Below are positions 39,120 through 48,952 of a stretch of DNA of 64,000 nucleotides, piece by piece (within the stretch, counting starts at the first letter, position 1; the number at the start of each line of letters is the position of its first letter). The DNA comes from an uncultured Nitrososphaerota archaeon (GTDB lineage Archaea > Thermoproteota > Nitrososphaeria > Nitrososphaerales > CADDZS01), in assembly GCA_963799845.1 (NCBI GenBank), contig CAWCYI010000006.1:1120001-1184000 (forward strand). Direction: 5' to 3'. Position numbers and translations under genes: made by a program. The notes under the pieces are model-generated. The model was not told the origin of the DNA and did not search any database. It saw only the letters and a list, made by a program, of their open reading frames with translations.

Positions 39120-40944
39120 TCAGGGAAAGATGCGAATGCACGGCCTCGTGAAAAGCTGCCAGTTTCCCGTAGACTTGTCATACTTTGAATTTACGAATAC
39201 ATGCCAGTTCTCATCATCAAGTTTTGGAAAGTCAGCCCTGTAACAGTATCCCGGCCATCGCGTCTCCTTCCGGAATATGGTGTGTCTCAAAACAGACTCG
39301 GCGGTCATTACTCTGTGGTGAAGCTCCCAAGCCCTTTGAAGCTGGTGCAAATCCTCAGCCGCGATGTGCGCCAGATCCTCCCTCAGCATCGTCATGAGTT
39401 CCAATCCCCGATTGAGGAGCATTTCGTTCGTCGTGTACATCGGCCCCCAGCCGCCGGCGTACTCATCCATTAACTTCTCCAGTCTAACGACGAACTGGTC
39501 AGCGTACAGGTAAGACGGGGAGATGGTTCCCTTCGTTATCAAGTTCCTCCCTAAGGAAAAATTCTTCAGCGGTTGGAATATCTCTTCCTTGAGTTTCGCC
39601 ACTGCCTTCTCCGAAACTTCAGGCAAGTCTGAATGATCCATCGCGTATGCGACCGCCGCCTTACCCGCCAGCCTGCCCTCGGTGAAAGAACCGGAAGAAA
39701 ACTTGTGGGCGGACCCGCCTATAGTATCGCCGGCACCGAACAGTCCTTCGATAGTGGTCATTCGATTGTATCCCCAGAAGTATTCCTTCGGGGAGACGTC
39801 CTGAGGGCCGCTGGCCCACGCTCCGGAGCATGTGGCGTGCGACCCCATGATGTACGGCTCTGACGTCTGTAGTTCAGACGGTCTTTTCTTCGGATCAATG
39901 TTTTGCGAAGCCCAAACTATAGTCTGGCTCATAGTCATGTCGAGGAAATCTTCGTGCCCGAGCTCCTCCTTCTCCCTCGTATCAAGAACTCTCTCGGTGT
40001 GTATGTAGATTGGCTGTCTGCCCGCCTTTATCTCTCTGAGCATGGCGTCATTTCGAAGACACGTGGGAAACGGTTTGGAATCCACGTAGTTGCCGTACAG
40101 CGCTCTCTGATCTTCAAGATACCTCAACTCATAATCCTCGCCGTACGCGTTTGTCGCTACGGCCTTCAAAGCGAGGAACCACGCACCTACGGGCCCGTAC
40201 CCATCCTTGAACCTAGTGACAACAAGCTTGTTTTCCATCTGCGTCATCTCGGCTCCCACTCCGATAATTAGGGCGTACGCAGAACCCGTGCTCCAGGGTG
40301 CATACCATGTTCTCCCCGCCCCCTCTCCCACCGATCTCGGTCGGAAGATGTGTGTCCCTCCTCCCGAGGCGACGATTACTGCATTGGCACGGAAAATGTA
40401 GAATGCTCCATCCCTTACGTGAAATCCGACTGCACCGGCGACGCGATTCGGATTTGTCTCGTCGACCAGGAGATGGGTGATCATTATTCTGTTGTAGATC
40501 TTGGTTGCAGCTTTGGTTGCAGCTTCGGCAACAATCGGTTTGTACGACTCACCGTGAATCAGGATCTGCCACCTTCCCTCCCGCTTGTAGCGCCCCGTCT
40601 GGCTGTCGTAGATTATGGGTAGGCCCCACTCTTCAAAGAGGTGCACGGTAGAATCGACGTGCCTTGCGATATCAAATTCTAGATCCTCCCTGACGAGGCC
40701 CATCAGATCGTTCCTAGTGTACCGTACAAAGTCCTCGGGGGTGTTTTCGTTCCACCGCATTCCCATGTAGCAATTGATTGCGGAGAGGCCCATCGCCACG
40801 GCCCCGCTCCGCTCAATGTGGGCCTTCTCGACGACGACCACGTTCAGATTGCGTCCCCAGTACCTCAGCTTCGTACGCGGCTCCGCATCCAGCCATCCCC
40901 CCTCCAATCACCAGGATGTCACAGTTCACGGTCCTCGTCTTCAA
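39120..40944 (-). CDS. aprA: Adenylylsulfate (APS) reductase alpha subunit; one extra base near 40866
   Basis: TTG at 40944 gives MKTRTVNCDILVIGGGMAGCGAAYEA. Removing one base joins it to RYWGRNLNVVVVEKAHIERSGAVAMGLSAINCY; also RFKDGYGPVGAWF, EPYIMGSH, HKFSSGS, RKETRWPG. About 607 aa. Confidence 0.93.
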
Positions 40945-40978
40945 GATCTATCACTTTTTCAGAGAAGGCAGCATGAAG

Positions 40979-41437
40979 TTACTTTTTGATTTGCGCAAGT
41001 GTCGGCAGCCCGCGTTCTATCTTTAGATATTCAGGTTCATGTGAAAGAAGCTGCGAGCGAATATCCTCGGGCTTTGGTTGGTCGTAGTTTTGAGGTGCCT
41101 TTATCGAGCCCCACTTTGTCGTCCGAATCGGAAACGTAAATTGATTCTTTGAGTTATCCCTGTATTTTATTTTCCAGTGAATCTCATTCTTCTCTTCGTC
41201 GCGAAGAACAGTGAGCTTGTGGTCCAAGGGAGCAAAATCTGCATAACCACGAATGTCAATTGCGTGTTGAGGGCACTCCTTCACGCAGGAGTAGCACTCC
41301 CAGCAGTAACTCGGTTCGATGTTGTAGGCCTTCCTTCCATTGAAGATGCTGTGAGTTAGGTGCATGATATCACTGGGGCAGATGTCGACGCACTTGCCGC
41401 ACCCGTCACATAATGATGCATACACGAATGTTGGCAA
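40979..41437 (-). CDS. aprB: APS reductase beta subunit (2x[4Fe-4S])
   Basis: MPTFVY-x3-CDGCGKCVDICPSDIMH, AYNIEP-x2-CWECYSCVKECP, RGYADFAPL. Confidence 0.95.
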   Translation of the reverse strand: MPTFVYASLCDGCGKCVDICPSDIMHLTHSIFNGRKAYNIEPSYCWECYSCVKECPQHAIDIRGYADFAPLDHKLTVLRDEEKNEIHWKIKYRDNSKNQFTFPIRTTKWGSIKAPQNYDQPKPEDIRSQLLSHEPEYLKIERGLPTLAQIKK

Positions 41438-41443
41438 TTTTAC

Positions 41444-42217
41444 TCACTTGTTTCTTTCGGAATTTTCTTTATTCATCGTGTCGGTTGATGCCTCCGCAGC
41501 TGGGAGAAGTGGCTCTACACCTGTTCTTTTGTCGATCTCTTCGTAAAGGAGAGAAATTGGTTTTGAGATCGCATGGAAGAATTTGGTAAATGGAGCTGTC
41601 GCGAGCAGTGTTATCACAAATGCCATGTGAACCCAGAACGAGCTCGAAACCCACTCCGATCCCATGGAAGAGTATATCGTTTGTTGCGCGATGAAACCGG
41701 TCACAACGGCCAGGAACAACGTCATGAGAAATACATCTGAGCGAGTCAAACGCCAGATCGGGGCGCCCTCGCGGTACCTGACATAGAACATTCCTAGAAA
41801 ACCAATAACGACGAGCACTCCGCCCACGTTGCCGAATAGCTTGACCGGATTGTAGAGCGGTAAAACGAGGTCAGTTGGATTTGTGAGGAACGCAAGAGTA
41901 GTGGATATTCCGAGGAAGACAAAGCCCCAGAAAATGGCGAGATGCGATACGCGTTTTGTCTTGCTGCAAGTTTCGAGAACGCGGAAGGCAAAGACTTCGC
42001 GTAACAAAATAGTAAAGAAACTTGGAACGATTTGTGACGATGAATTGGGTTCAGCGGTCTTCCCTTTCGTTCCCCCAGAGAAAATCTGCCACTGAAAGAA
42101 GTGATGCAGCGCACCCCCTTTCAACCTGTAAACTATGCCCAGAATAACAAGCAGAAGTACGATCAGACTTCCCGCGTCGATAACCAAATTGGGGATGGGC
42201 AGATTCATGAATGGCAT
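41444..42217 (-). CDS. aprM: AprM-like membrane anchor (NarI/QmoC-TM related)
   Basis: Multi-TM protein directly upstream of aprB; RVSHLAIFWGF and H-x10-PFTKFFH-x3-KP motifs. No Fe-S domain, so not full QmoC. Confidence 0.65.
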   Translation of the reverse strand: MPFMNLPIPNLVIDAGSLIVLLLVILGIVYRLKGGALHHFFQWQIFSGGTKGKTAEPNSSSQIVPSFFTILLREVFAFRVLETCSKTKRVSHLAIFWGFVFLGISTTLAFLTNPTDLVLPLYNPVKLFGNVGGVLVVIGFLGMFYVRYREGAPIWRLTRSDVFLMTLFLAVVTGFIAQQTIYSSMGSEWVSSSFWVHMAFVITLLATAPFTKFFHAISKPISLLYEEIDKRTGVEPLLPAAEASTDTMNKENSERNK

Positions 42218-42251
42218 TTGCTAGAACCTCAGCAATAAATCCGGGAAAATT

Positions 42252-43403
42252 CTACTCCGTAACTCTGACCCACTTTTCACTTCGGTTGGATTCAGCAATC
42301 GCGTCCATGATTAACATCGCTTTGTACCCGTCGTGAAATGTTGCGCCAATTGGTCCGAGCGGCTTGTCCGCAGCCAAGCACTCGATGAAGTGATTCAGCT
42401 CATTTGTAAACGAGTACTGCCAGGCAAAGCCCACTCCCTGATTTGTCCAGAACTTTTTCATGTGAGGATGATCCTTCATAACAGTCGGAACGCGTTTGAA
42501 TCCATCCAATCCTTTCTGCCCGTCCTTGATGAAAACTTCGAGCTCGTTCAGGTTTTCGAGGTTGAAACGGATCGTTCCCATCGTTCCGTACACTTCAAAT
42601 CGCAGGTAATCGATTCTTCCGGAAGTTAGCCAGCTGGTCTCGAAGAGGCCTAGCGCGCCATTTTGAAATCTCATGCATGCGATAGTTGTATCGTCCACAT
42701 CCACTTTGGTTTTCTCAGAAGACCCTTCCTGAACGGGTCTTTCTTTGATGAAGGTCTCTGAAGCTCCAGAGACAGATGAAACCTCACCTACGAGAAATCT
42801 AGCCAGATCGATAGCATGTGTACCCAGATCGGCGAGTGCACCGTACCCGGCAGTTTCGGATTGATGAAGCCATCTGATTGGAAAATTTGGATCGTCAAAT
42901 CCCCCATCAAAATTCAGATATGCACTTTTGAAGTAGTGTATTTTACCTAGAGTTCCGTTTTTGATCAGGTCACGAGCGAAGGTCACTGCCGGGAGAAATC
43001 GATAGTTGAATCCAGTCATGTGCTTGACGTGCGCTCTTTCTGCCACATCGAGCATCCTCTTTGCATCCGGTGCATTTTTTGCAAGAGGTTTTTCGCAAAC
43101 GAGTTGCTTGCCTGCTTCCGCCGCTGCAATTGTTGGTTCTGGGTGCATGGATGGCGGCGCGCAATTGTCAAAAATTTCTACGCCTTTGTCTTTGACGAGG
43201 TCCTCCCAATTGGAATAGGTTCTTCCAATACCGAACCTGTCAGCTTCAAATTCTACATTATCTTTCGATCTCCCTGCGAGAGCAACCAGCTTCGGTTTGA
43301 GTTTAGGAGGATAAAAATAACGTGAAAGATCCTGCCACCCGTACGCATGAGCCTTTCCGATGGAGTAGCCCAGAATTCCTACTCCAATTTCTCTTTCCGA
43401 CAT
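42252..43403 (-). CDS. Gfo/Idh/MocA oxidoreductase (levoglucosan dehydrogenase-like subfamily)
   Basis: GKAH, CEKP, GFNYR, GALADLGTH, VDVDD. Confidence 0.9.
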   Translation of the reverse strand: MSEREIGVGILGYSIGKAHAYGWQDLSRYFYPPKLKPKLVALAGRSKDNVEFEADRFGIGRTYSNWEDLVKDKGVEIFDNCAPPSMHPEPTIAAAEAGKQLVCEKPLAKNAPDAKRMLDVAERAHVKHMTGFNYRFLPAVTFARDLIKNGTLGKIHYFKSAYLNFDGGFDDPNFPIRWLHQSETAGYGALADLGTHAIDLARFLVGEVSSVSGASETFIKERPVQEGSSEKTKVDVDDTTIACMRFQNGALGLFETSWLTSGRIDYLRFEVYGTMGTIRFNLENLNELEVFIKDGQKGLDGFKRVPTVMKDHPHMKKFWTNQGVGFAWQYSFTNELNHFIECLAADKPLGPIGATFHDGYKAMLIMDAIAESNRSEKWVRVTE

Positions 43404-43539
43404 GAATTCGGGAAGCGACCCTGATTCAAACTATAGAAATCTATCGGTCAAGGTAGAAATTAACAGATGGGTACAAGAACGACGAGTAGGACAAACGTCC
43501 TAACTCTGCGGAGAGCTCGACAAGAATTATGAAATTGAG

Positions 43540-44649
43540 CTAAGTCTTGGAAAGGAGTGGAATAATCTCCTTGCCAATTCGGCGATAGTTCTCTCGGCTT
43601 GATACGAAATTGGCGAAGAAAATTTGGGTCGCTCCCTCACGAATGAATTTTTCGATTGTTGAAAGGCAGTCGTCGACTGTTCCTACAGCAATTATTTTGT
43701 CTATCACCTTTTGCAAGACCTCATCAGAGATATTGAGCCTCTCAACCGCCGCGGCGAGAGCATTGTCATATTCAGGTCCCGGTGTTGCAAACTGATAGTC
43801 AAGCTCTTTTGGAAGTGGCTGTCCTAGATCCTCTTCGCTGATGCCAAGGACTCCCAGCAGGTACTGGCTCAGAATCAAGTTGACCTTGAGGGCGTGTTTT
43901 ATCTCTCCCATCATCTCGGCCTTCTTTTTGTCGTCGTCGCAAATGATAGTGGGGATGCTCGCGATCAAATCAATTTCATCAATGGATCGGTTCGATTTTG
44001 ATGCCTCTGCCATAATCATCCGAACCTTCTGTCCGAAAACTTCGGGCGTGTTTTGAGATCCAGGATACCATCCGTCAGCCAGCTCCCCAACGAGGCGCAG
44101 CATCCCCTTTGATGAAAAAGCCCCGATGTAAATGGGGGGACTCGGTTTCTGCACCGGTGACAAACTCAGGTGCGCAGCGTTCAGCGAATAAAATTCCCCC
44201 GCGAAATTTGCCGGTCGGTCGTAGGCGGCGGCCCAAAGCAGTTTGATAACCTGGAGATTTTCCCTGAGACGCCTAATTCGGACACTTTTTTCTTCCCACG
44301 GAATCCCGTAGGGTTTGGTGTTCATTATTTCCCCCGCTCCTATTCCGAGGACGGCCCGCCCCTTGGTGAGGTTGTCCAGCGTTGCGACCGTGTTTGCGAT
44401 CTTTGCGGGATGCATTCTCTGAATGTCGGTGACGCCCGAACCCAGTTTGATTTTCTGAGTCTTCGCTCCGATGAATGCGAGGGTGGTCCACGTGTCGGTA
44501 ACTGCCTGGACTGGTCGGATGTCAACGAGGTGGTCAGGTACCCAGACGACGTCGAAACCCAGCCGCTCTGCCTCAATTCCGTCCGCAACAATGTCATCGA
44601 CATTGTCACCTACCAGTTCGCGAGAAAATGTCAGAGCTCTTCTTGTCAA
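43540..44649 (-). CDS. LLM-class flavin/F420-dependent oxidoreductase
   Basis: GFDVVWVPDH, LGSGVTD, TLDNLTKGRAVLGIGAGE, PVQKPSPPIYIG. Confidence 0.88.
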   Translation of the reverse strand: MTRRALTFSRELVGDNVDDIVADGIEAERLGFDVVWVPDHLVDIRPVQAVTDTWTTLAFIGAKTQKIKLGSGVTDIQRMHPAKIANTVATLDNLTKGRAVLGIGAGEIMNTKPYGIPWEEKSVRIRRLRENLQVIKLLWAAAYDRPANFAGEFYSLNAAHLSLSPVQKPSPPIYIGAFSSKGMLRLVGELADGWYPGSQNTPEVFGQKVRMIMAEASKSNRSIDEIDLIASIPTIICDDDKKKAEMMGEIKHALKVNLILSQYLLGVLGISEEDLGQPLPKELDYQFATPGPEYDNALAAAVERLNISDEVLQKVIDKIIAVGTVDDCLSTIEKFIREGATQIFFANFVSSRENYRRIGKEIIPLLSKT

Positions 44650-44679
44650 GTAACTAAAACCTGATTTCCTTTGAATCTG

Positions 44680-45813
44680 TTACTCGACGTCGACCCATTT
44701 CTGCGATATACTCGATTTCTGGATCGCTTCAACGACCTGTGATACCTTCCATCCGTCGTAGAAATCAGGTTTCACCTGAGATGAATTAACGACGGCGTTC
44801 AACACTTCGTAGATTTCGTTATTCAGAGAATCCTGGAAACCAGCACCCGAGCCCGTTGCCGGAAACGAAAAAGCAGACCCGTACGGATGAACGGGGCCCA
44901 TCATGATCGCGCGATGGCCCTGCAGATCCTTTGGATCTGAATTTGAATAGTAGCTCAACTCATTCGGCTTCTCGAAGTTGAAATAGACCGATCCCTCCGT
45001 TCCGTTCACCTCGAAATCCAGGTAGACTTTCCTGCCCAGCGAAGCCCAGCTCGTCTCGAGCCGCCCAGGCACGCCGTTGTCGAAATGCAGCAGTGCGCAA
45101 GTGTAATCGTCTACATCGACTGCGGCGGATTCGGATGAAGTGTTGAGAAGTTTCCGCTCTTTGATGAAAGTGTCTTGCAATCCGCATACGGATCGAATAT
45201 CGCCGATCAGAAATCTCGAAATGTCAATGATGTGCGAACCCAGATCTGCCAGCGCTCCGCCTCCGGCCCTTTTCGAGTCGTACCGCCAAGTAAAAGGCAT
45301 GTCTGGATTTGCGCCCCAGTCTTCCAGAAAACTCGTTCGGAATTGAGTGATTTTACCCAGAGCTTGGTCGTTGATGAGTTTCTTTGTAAGCAGGACAGCC
45401 GGGAGCCTGCGGTAGTTGAACCCCATAGCGTTCACAACTCCGGCTCGCGTCGCCGCTTCGTACATCCTCCTAGCGTCGGAAGAAGACGCTGCAATTGGCT
45501 TTTCGCACAGTATGTGTTTATGGTGTTCTGCTGCCTCTACTGCCACGTCTGCGTGCAGGTAGGTCGGGGCAACTATATCGACCAGGTCGACTTCAAGAGA
45601 TGAAGTGAGCGATTTCCAGTCCGAGAAATAACTTCCAAATCCCAGCCTTGACGCAGCTTGTGATGCTAGTTCTTCGGTGGCATCGGCAATTACAGAGAAT
45701 ACCGGCTTTGCAGTTTCGAACGAATGAAGCAGAGGCACGGACTCGTATGCCAAAACGTGGGCTTTCGCGATCGCACCGCCACCGACCATACCAATTTTGA
45801 TTTGTTTTTCCAT
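44680..45813 (-). CDS. Gfo/Idh/MocA oxidoreductase (levoglucosan dehydrogenase-like subfamily)
   Basis: GGGAIAKAH, CEKP, FNYRRLPAV, FLEDW, AGGGALADLGSH, GPVHPYG. Confidence 0.9.
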   Translation of the reverse strand: MEKQIKIGMVGGGAIAKAHVLAYESVPLLHSFETAKPVFSVIADATEELASQAASRLGFGSYFSDWKSLTSSLEVDLVDIVAPTYLHADVAVEAAEHHKHILCEKPIAASSSDARRMYEAATRAGVVNAMGFNYRRLPAVLLTKKLINDQALGKITQFRTSFLEDWGANPDMPFTWRYDSKRAGGGALADLGSHIIDISRFLIGDIRSVCGLQDTFIKERKLLNTSSESAAVDVDDYTCALLHFDNGVPGRLETSWASLGRKVYLDFEVNGTEGSVYFNFEKPNELSYYSNSDPKDLQGHRAIMMGPVHPYGSAFSFPATGSGAGFQDSLNNEIYEVLNAVVNSSQVKPDFYDGWKVSQVVEAIQKSSISQKWVDVE

Positions 45814-45921
45814 TTTCTCGAAAGCGAAAAATGCGGAATTCGTTCTGAACTTTTAAGTCTGTAGATAGTGGTTAGGATCTTTGGCTGAGCCACAGAGTTA
45901 CAGTGGCACCCTTTAGCTTAT

Positions 45922-47214
45922 TTGCAAAGCGTTTTCGAGCATAGCCGAACTAATTTGGAACTGAAGATAACTGGCGTAAAGACTGCTACGGTTGTGGGCA
46001 ATTATTACTGGACTTTTGTCAGAGTTTATGCGGGTGACCTTTACGGGACGGGAGAAGGCTACACCGCGCCTCAGCTTGAAAACATAATTCTTGAACTGTC
46101 TCCGCTTATCATCGGAGAGAACGCGCTTGACCTGAATTATGTGTACGACAAACTGCGTTGGGCAGCCGTTCCCTCAGGAGTTTCTGGGATTACATACCAT
46201 GCGATATCTGCTATAGAAATCGCAATTCTAGACCTCGTCGGGAAGTATCTGAACGTTCCAGTCTACACTCTGCTCGGCGGAAAATTCCGAGACAAGATAA
46301 GGATGTATGTTGACACTCACGCCGGAGAATCCCTGCACGCCCGCGACAGAGCACTGCGTCCGGCCTACACCAAGTGGATGAAGGAACTCAAACCTAATTC
46401 GGAAGATGCCGACATGAGTCCCAACGACCCGATGTTCGGCAGATCTACGATTCAAAAATTCACTGAGGCGTACACGCCGAAGGCTTACTCGGATCGCGCC
46501 ATCAAGATGAAGAATGAAGGTTTCACGGCTATCAAATTTGACCTCGATATCCCGACACCGTATTCGACGAATTTAGGGCAAAAGTCAGGATCTCTGAACA
46601 ATCGAGAGATTGATTATCTCGCAGAGCTCGTCGGGGCCGTAAGGGAGGGTGTAGGCGAGGAACATGACATCATGTTCGACCTGCACTGGAAGTACGACCT
46701 GGGAAGCTCAATCCGTCTCTTGCGGGCGATGGAGCCGTTCGGAGTCATGTGGATCGAAGACCCGTTGCCTCCTGAAGATCTGTCGCTACTGGGGCGGTTA
46801 ACGAGAATTACGACGACCCCGATAGCAAGCGGAGAAAACGTCTACACGCGATATGGCTTCGCTCGATTGCTAGAGACCGGCATCCCGATAATAACTCCAG
46901 ATTCGATAAAAGCTGGAGGATTGACCGAGACAAGGATGGCGGCCGCTCTAGCGGCGATGGCCGAAGTTGTTGTTTCTCCGCACAACGTCAGCAGTCCGAT
47001 AGGTACAATCGCGCAGTCTCATCTTGCTGCGTCCATTCCAAATTTTGGAGTCCTCGAGTTTCACGGCAGGGACGTTCCAATCTGGTACAAGCTGACAAAA
47101 CACCAGTTGATCAAGGATGGATTCATTACTCTAAAGGACGAGCCGGGCCTGGGAATCGAATTGGAAGAATCTGTGGCAAAGAATTATGCCCTCGACGATA
47201 AATTTGATTTATGA
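45922..47214 (+). CDS. Mandelate racemase/enolase superfamily sugar-acid dehydratase (gluconate/galactonate dehydratase-like)
   Basis: LLGGKFRDKIRMY, KFDLD, FDLHW, WIEDP, SGEN, PHN, LEFH, EPGLG. Confidence 0.88.
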   Translation: MQSVFEHSRTNLELKITGVKTATVVGNYYWTFVRVYAGDLYGTGEGYTAPQLENIILELSPLIIGENALDLNYVYDKLRWAAVPSGVSGITYHAISAIEIAILDLVGKYLNVPVYTLLGGKFRDKIRMYVDTHAGESLHARDRALRPAYTKWMKELKPNSEDADMSPNDPMFGRSTIQKFTEAYTPKAYSDRAIKMKNEGFTAIKFDLDIPTPYSTNLGQKSGSLNNREIDYLAELVGAVREGVGEEHDIMFDLHWKYDLGSSIRLLRAMEPFGVMWIEDPLPPEDLSLLGRLTRITTTPIASGENVYTRYGFARLLETGIPIITPDSIKAGGLTETRMAAALAAMAEVVVSPHNVSSPIGTIAQSHLAASIPNFGVLEFHGRDVPIWYKLTKHQLIKDGFITLKDEPGLGIELEESVAKNYALDDKFDL

Positions 47215-47284
47215 TTTAGATCAGACAAGCATCATCGAATTAGCAAGCGTTATCGGGGCAGTCAAAGGATATGTCTATCCGTAA

Positions 47285-47499
47285 ATGGCGCCCAAAAAAT
47301 CTCGTTAAGGCTGGAAATCTACAAGAAGCTTTGCGAAGCAAAGAGGGAGAAGGAGAGTTTCAGCGACGCAATCGAACGGGTGTTGGACAAGAAACCGAGC
47401 ATACTTGTTTTTTCAGGCTCTCTGAAACCAGACGACGCGGAACTAATGTTCATTGAAAGGGAAGCAAAGAAACTACGAAAAAGTACCAAATTCATCTAG
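47285..47499 (+). CDS. VapB-like (DUF217-type) antitoxin, frameshifted in an A6 run; not in the ORF track
   Basis: ATG GCG CCC A6 then, with one added base, ISLRLEIYKKLCEAKREKESFSDAIERVLDKKPSILVFSG...KFI*. The K-x3-ESFSD-x-I-x-R pattern is typical of this family. Confidence 0.65.
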
Positions 47500-48698
47500 C
47501 CAAGTTTCCCTTTTTTCGTCGCAAATGCGCAGATCGCGCCTATTAGTATGAAAAGCCCGCCCATCATTATGAAGGAATACTGGTAGCCCCAAAATCCCCA
47601 GATGAAACTTCCGAGCGAAGACCCTATTAGAATGCCCACGTCCTCGGCAGCACCGTATAGTCCCATGATTCTGCCCCAGTATCCTCTTGATACTGAAGCC
47701 GTCAGAAGCGAAAGAGTGAGTGGGGTAATTGTCGAATATGTGACGCCAAGAATCAGCGTTACTAAATCCACCTGAGCAACAGTTTGAGTCAGAGTTAGGG
47801 CAAGGTAACAAACACCGGTAGCAGCGAGGCTGCCGACGATCCAGCTTCTGGGTTTCCGGGAGCCCATCGACCCCAAGAATGGCTGGAAGATACCGGAAGA
47901 CAAACTGTATATGAAGAGGACGCCTCCGACCTCGACGGGGCTTGCCAAGAATTTGGGTTCTTTTGCAAGAATGTTGGGAAATAGAAGGCTGAAGAAGCCG
48001 TTACCGGATGCAGCCGTAAGGCCGACCAATCCTAGCACGATTATACCGATCAGCTTTAGTTGCTGTTCGGCTTGAAATTTGCCTGAAACCCCCGAAGGCT
48101 GTTCACCGATGTCATCCGCAACCACATCATTCTTCGAAGACCTGCTCCCCAGCCAGACCGGAATTGTGGACGCCAGTGTAATTGCACCTGCTATGATGAA
48201 GGATGGAGACGGTCCGAGAAGGGCACCCGACACTCCTCCAATGAGTGAACCGCTGGATGCGCCAATAGAATAAGTCAAGCCAAGCATGCCGAAAGCTCGT
48301 CCGCGGTCGGCATATTTCGAAAAGTGCGCGACTGCCAACCTTGGGAAAACACCCGCTCCTCCCAGACCATTTCCCCACAGGATTTCGATCCCGACCACTT
48401 CGGCGAGGTTCGCCGGTCGGGAGAAAAGAAAAATTGCCGACGATGTCAAAATAATTGCAATTAATGGAACTGAACCTTTGATTCCAAACTTGTCGAATAT
48501 GAAGCCCCATAGAGCCTCGAACACTAGAAAGCTGAGCCCATATGCGGCGTACACCAATCCGATATCAATTGCCGATAGATTGTTTGAAAGAAAATACAAC
48601 GGGAAGAGGGGAAGCGTCATTCCCCTAGCGAATTGGTACAGGAACAAGAACGAGAGTAGCGGGACAAATATTCGTAAGCCAGAAATCTTCCCAATCAA
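47496..48698 (-). CDS. MFS transporter
   Basis: About 12 hydrophobic segments; WGFIFDKFG motif A; RGRAFG. Confidence 0.9.
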   Translation of the reverse strand: MIGKISGLRIFVPLLSFLFLYQFARGMTLPLFPLYFLSNNLSAIDIGLVYAAYGLSFLVFEALWGFIFDKFGIKGSVPLIAIILTSSAIFLFSRPANLAEVVGIEILWGNGLGGAGVFPRLAVAHFSKYADRGRAFGMLGLTYSIGASSGSLIGGVSGALLGPSPSFIIAGAITLASTIPVWLGSRSSKNDVVADDIGEQPSGVSGKFQAEQQLKLIGIIVLGLVGLTAASGNGFFSLLFPNILAKEPKFLASPVEVGGVLFIYSLSSGIFQPFLGSMGSRKPRSWIVGSLAATGVCYLALTLTQTVAQVDLVTLILGVTYSTITPLTLSLLTASVSRGYWGRIMGLYGAAEDVGILIGSSLGSFIWGFWGYQYSFIMMGGLFILIGAICAFATKKGKLG

Positions 48699-48952
48699 GG
48701 TCAGTTACACAGTTTGCTACTTGCTGAAATGTTTTCGAATCCGAGGAAATAACAAGCTATAGATCAGTACCTGCAGAATCGACAAGTACCTGTGTACGTA
48801 CTCGAACGTCATTCATGAAATCATGAGACAAGTCTTCTGGGTTTTCGTCTCAAGCCGAGGCTCATAGCGGAGTTCTGGGTCGGGTAGACTTCACTGTGGA
48901 TATTTGCCCAACCCAAGAAAAATAAGGAGAGGTTAAGCTCTCGTAAAAGAGC

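Noticed and set aside
39120-42217. Evidence of dissimilatory sulfate reduction
   Set aside because: No sat, dsrAB or qmoAB in the window, and the lineage I/AprM type is usually oxidative; direction cannot be fixed from this window alone.
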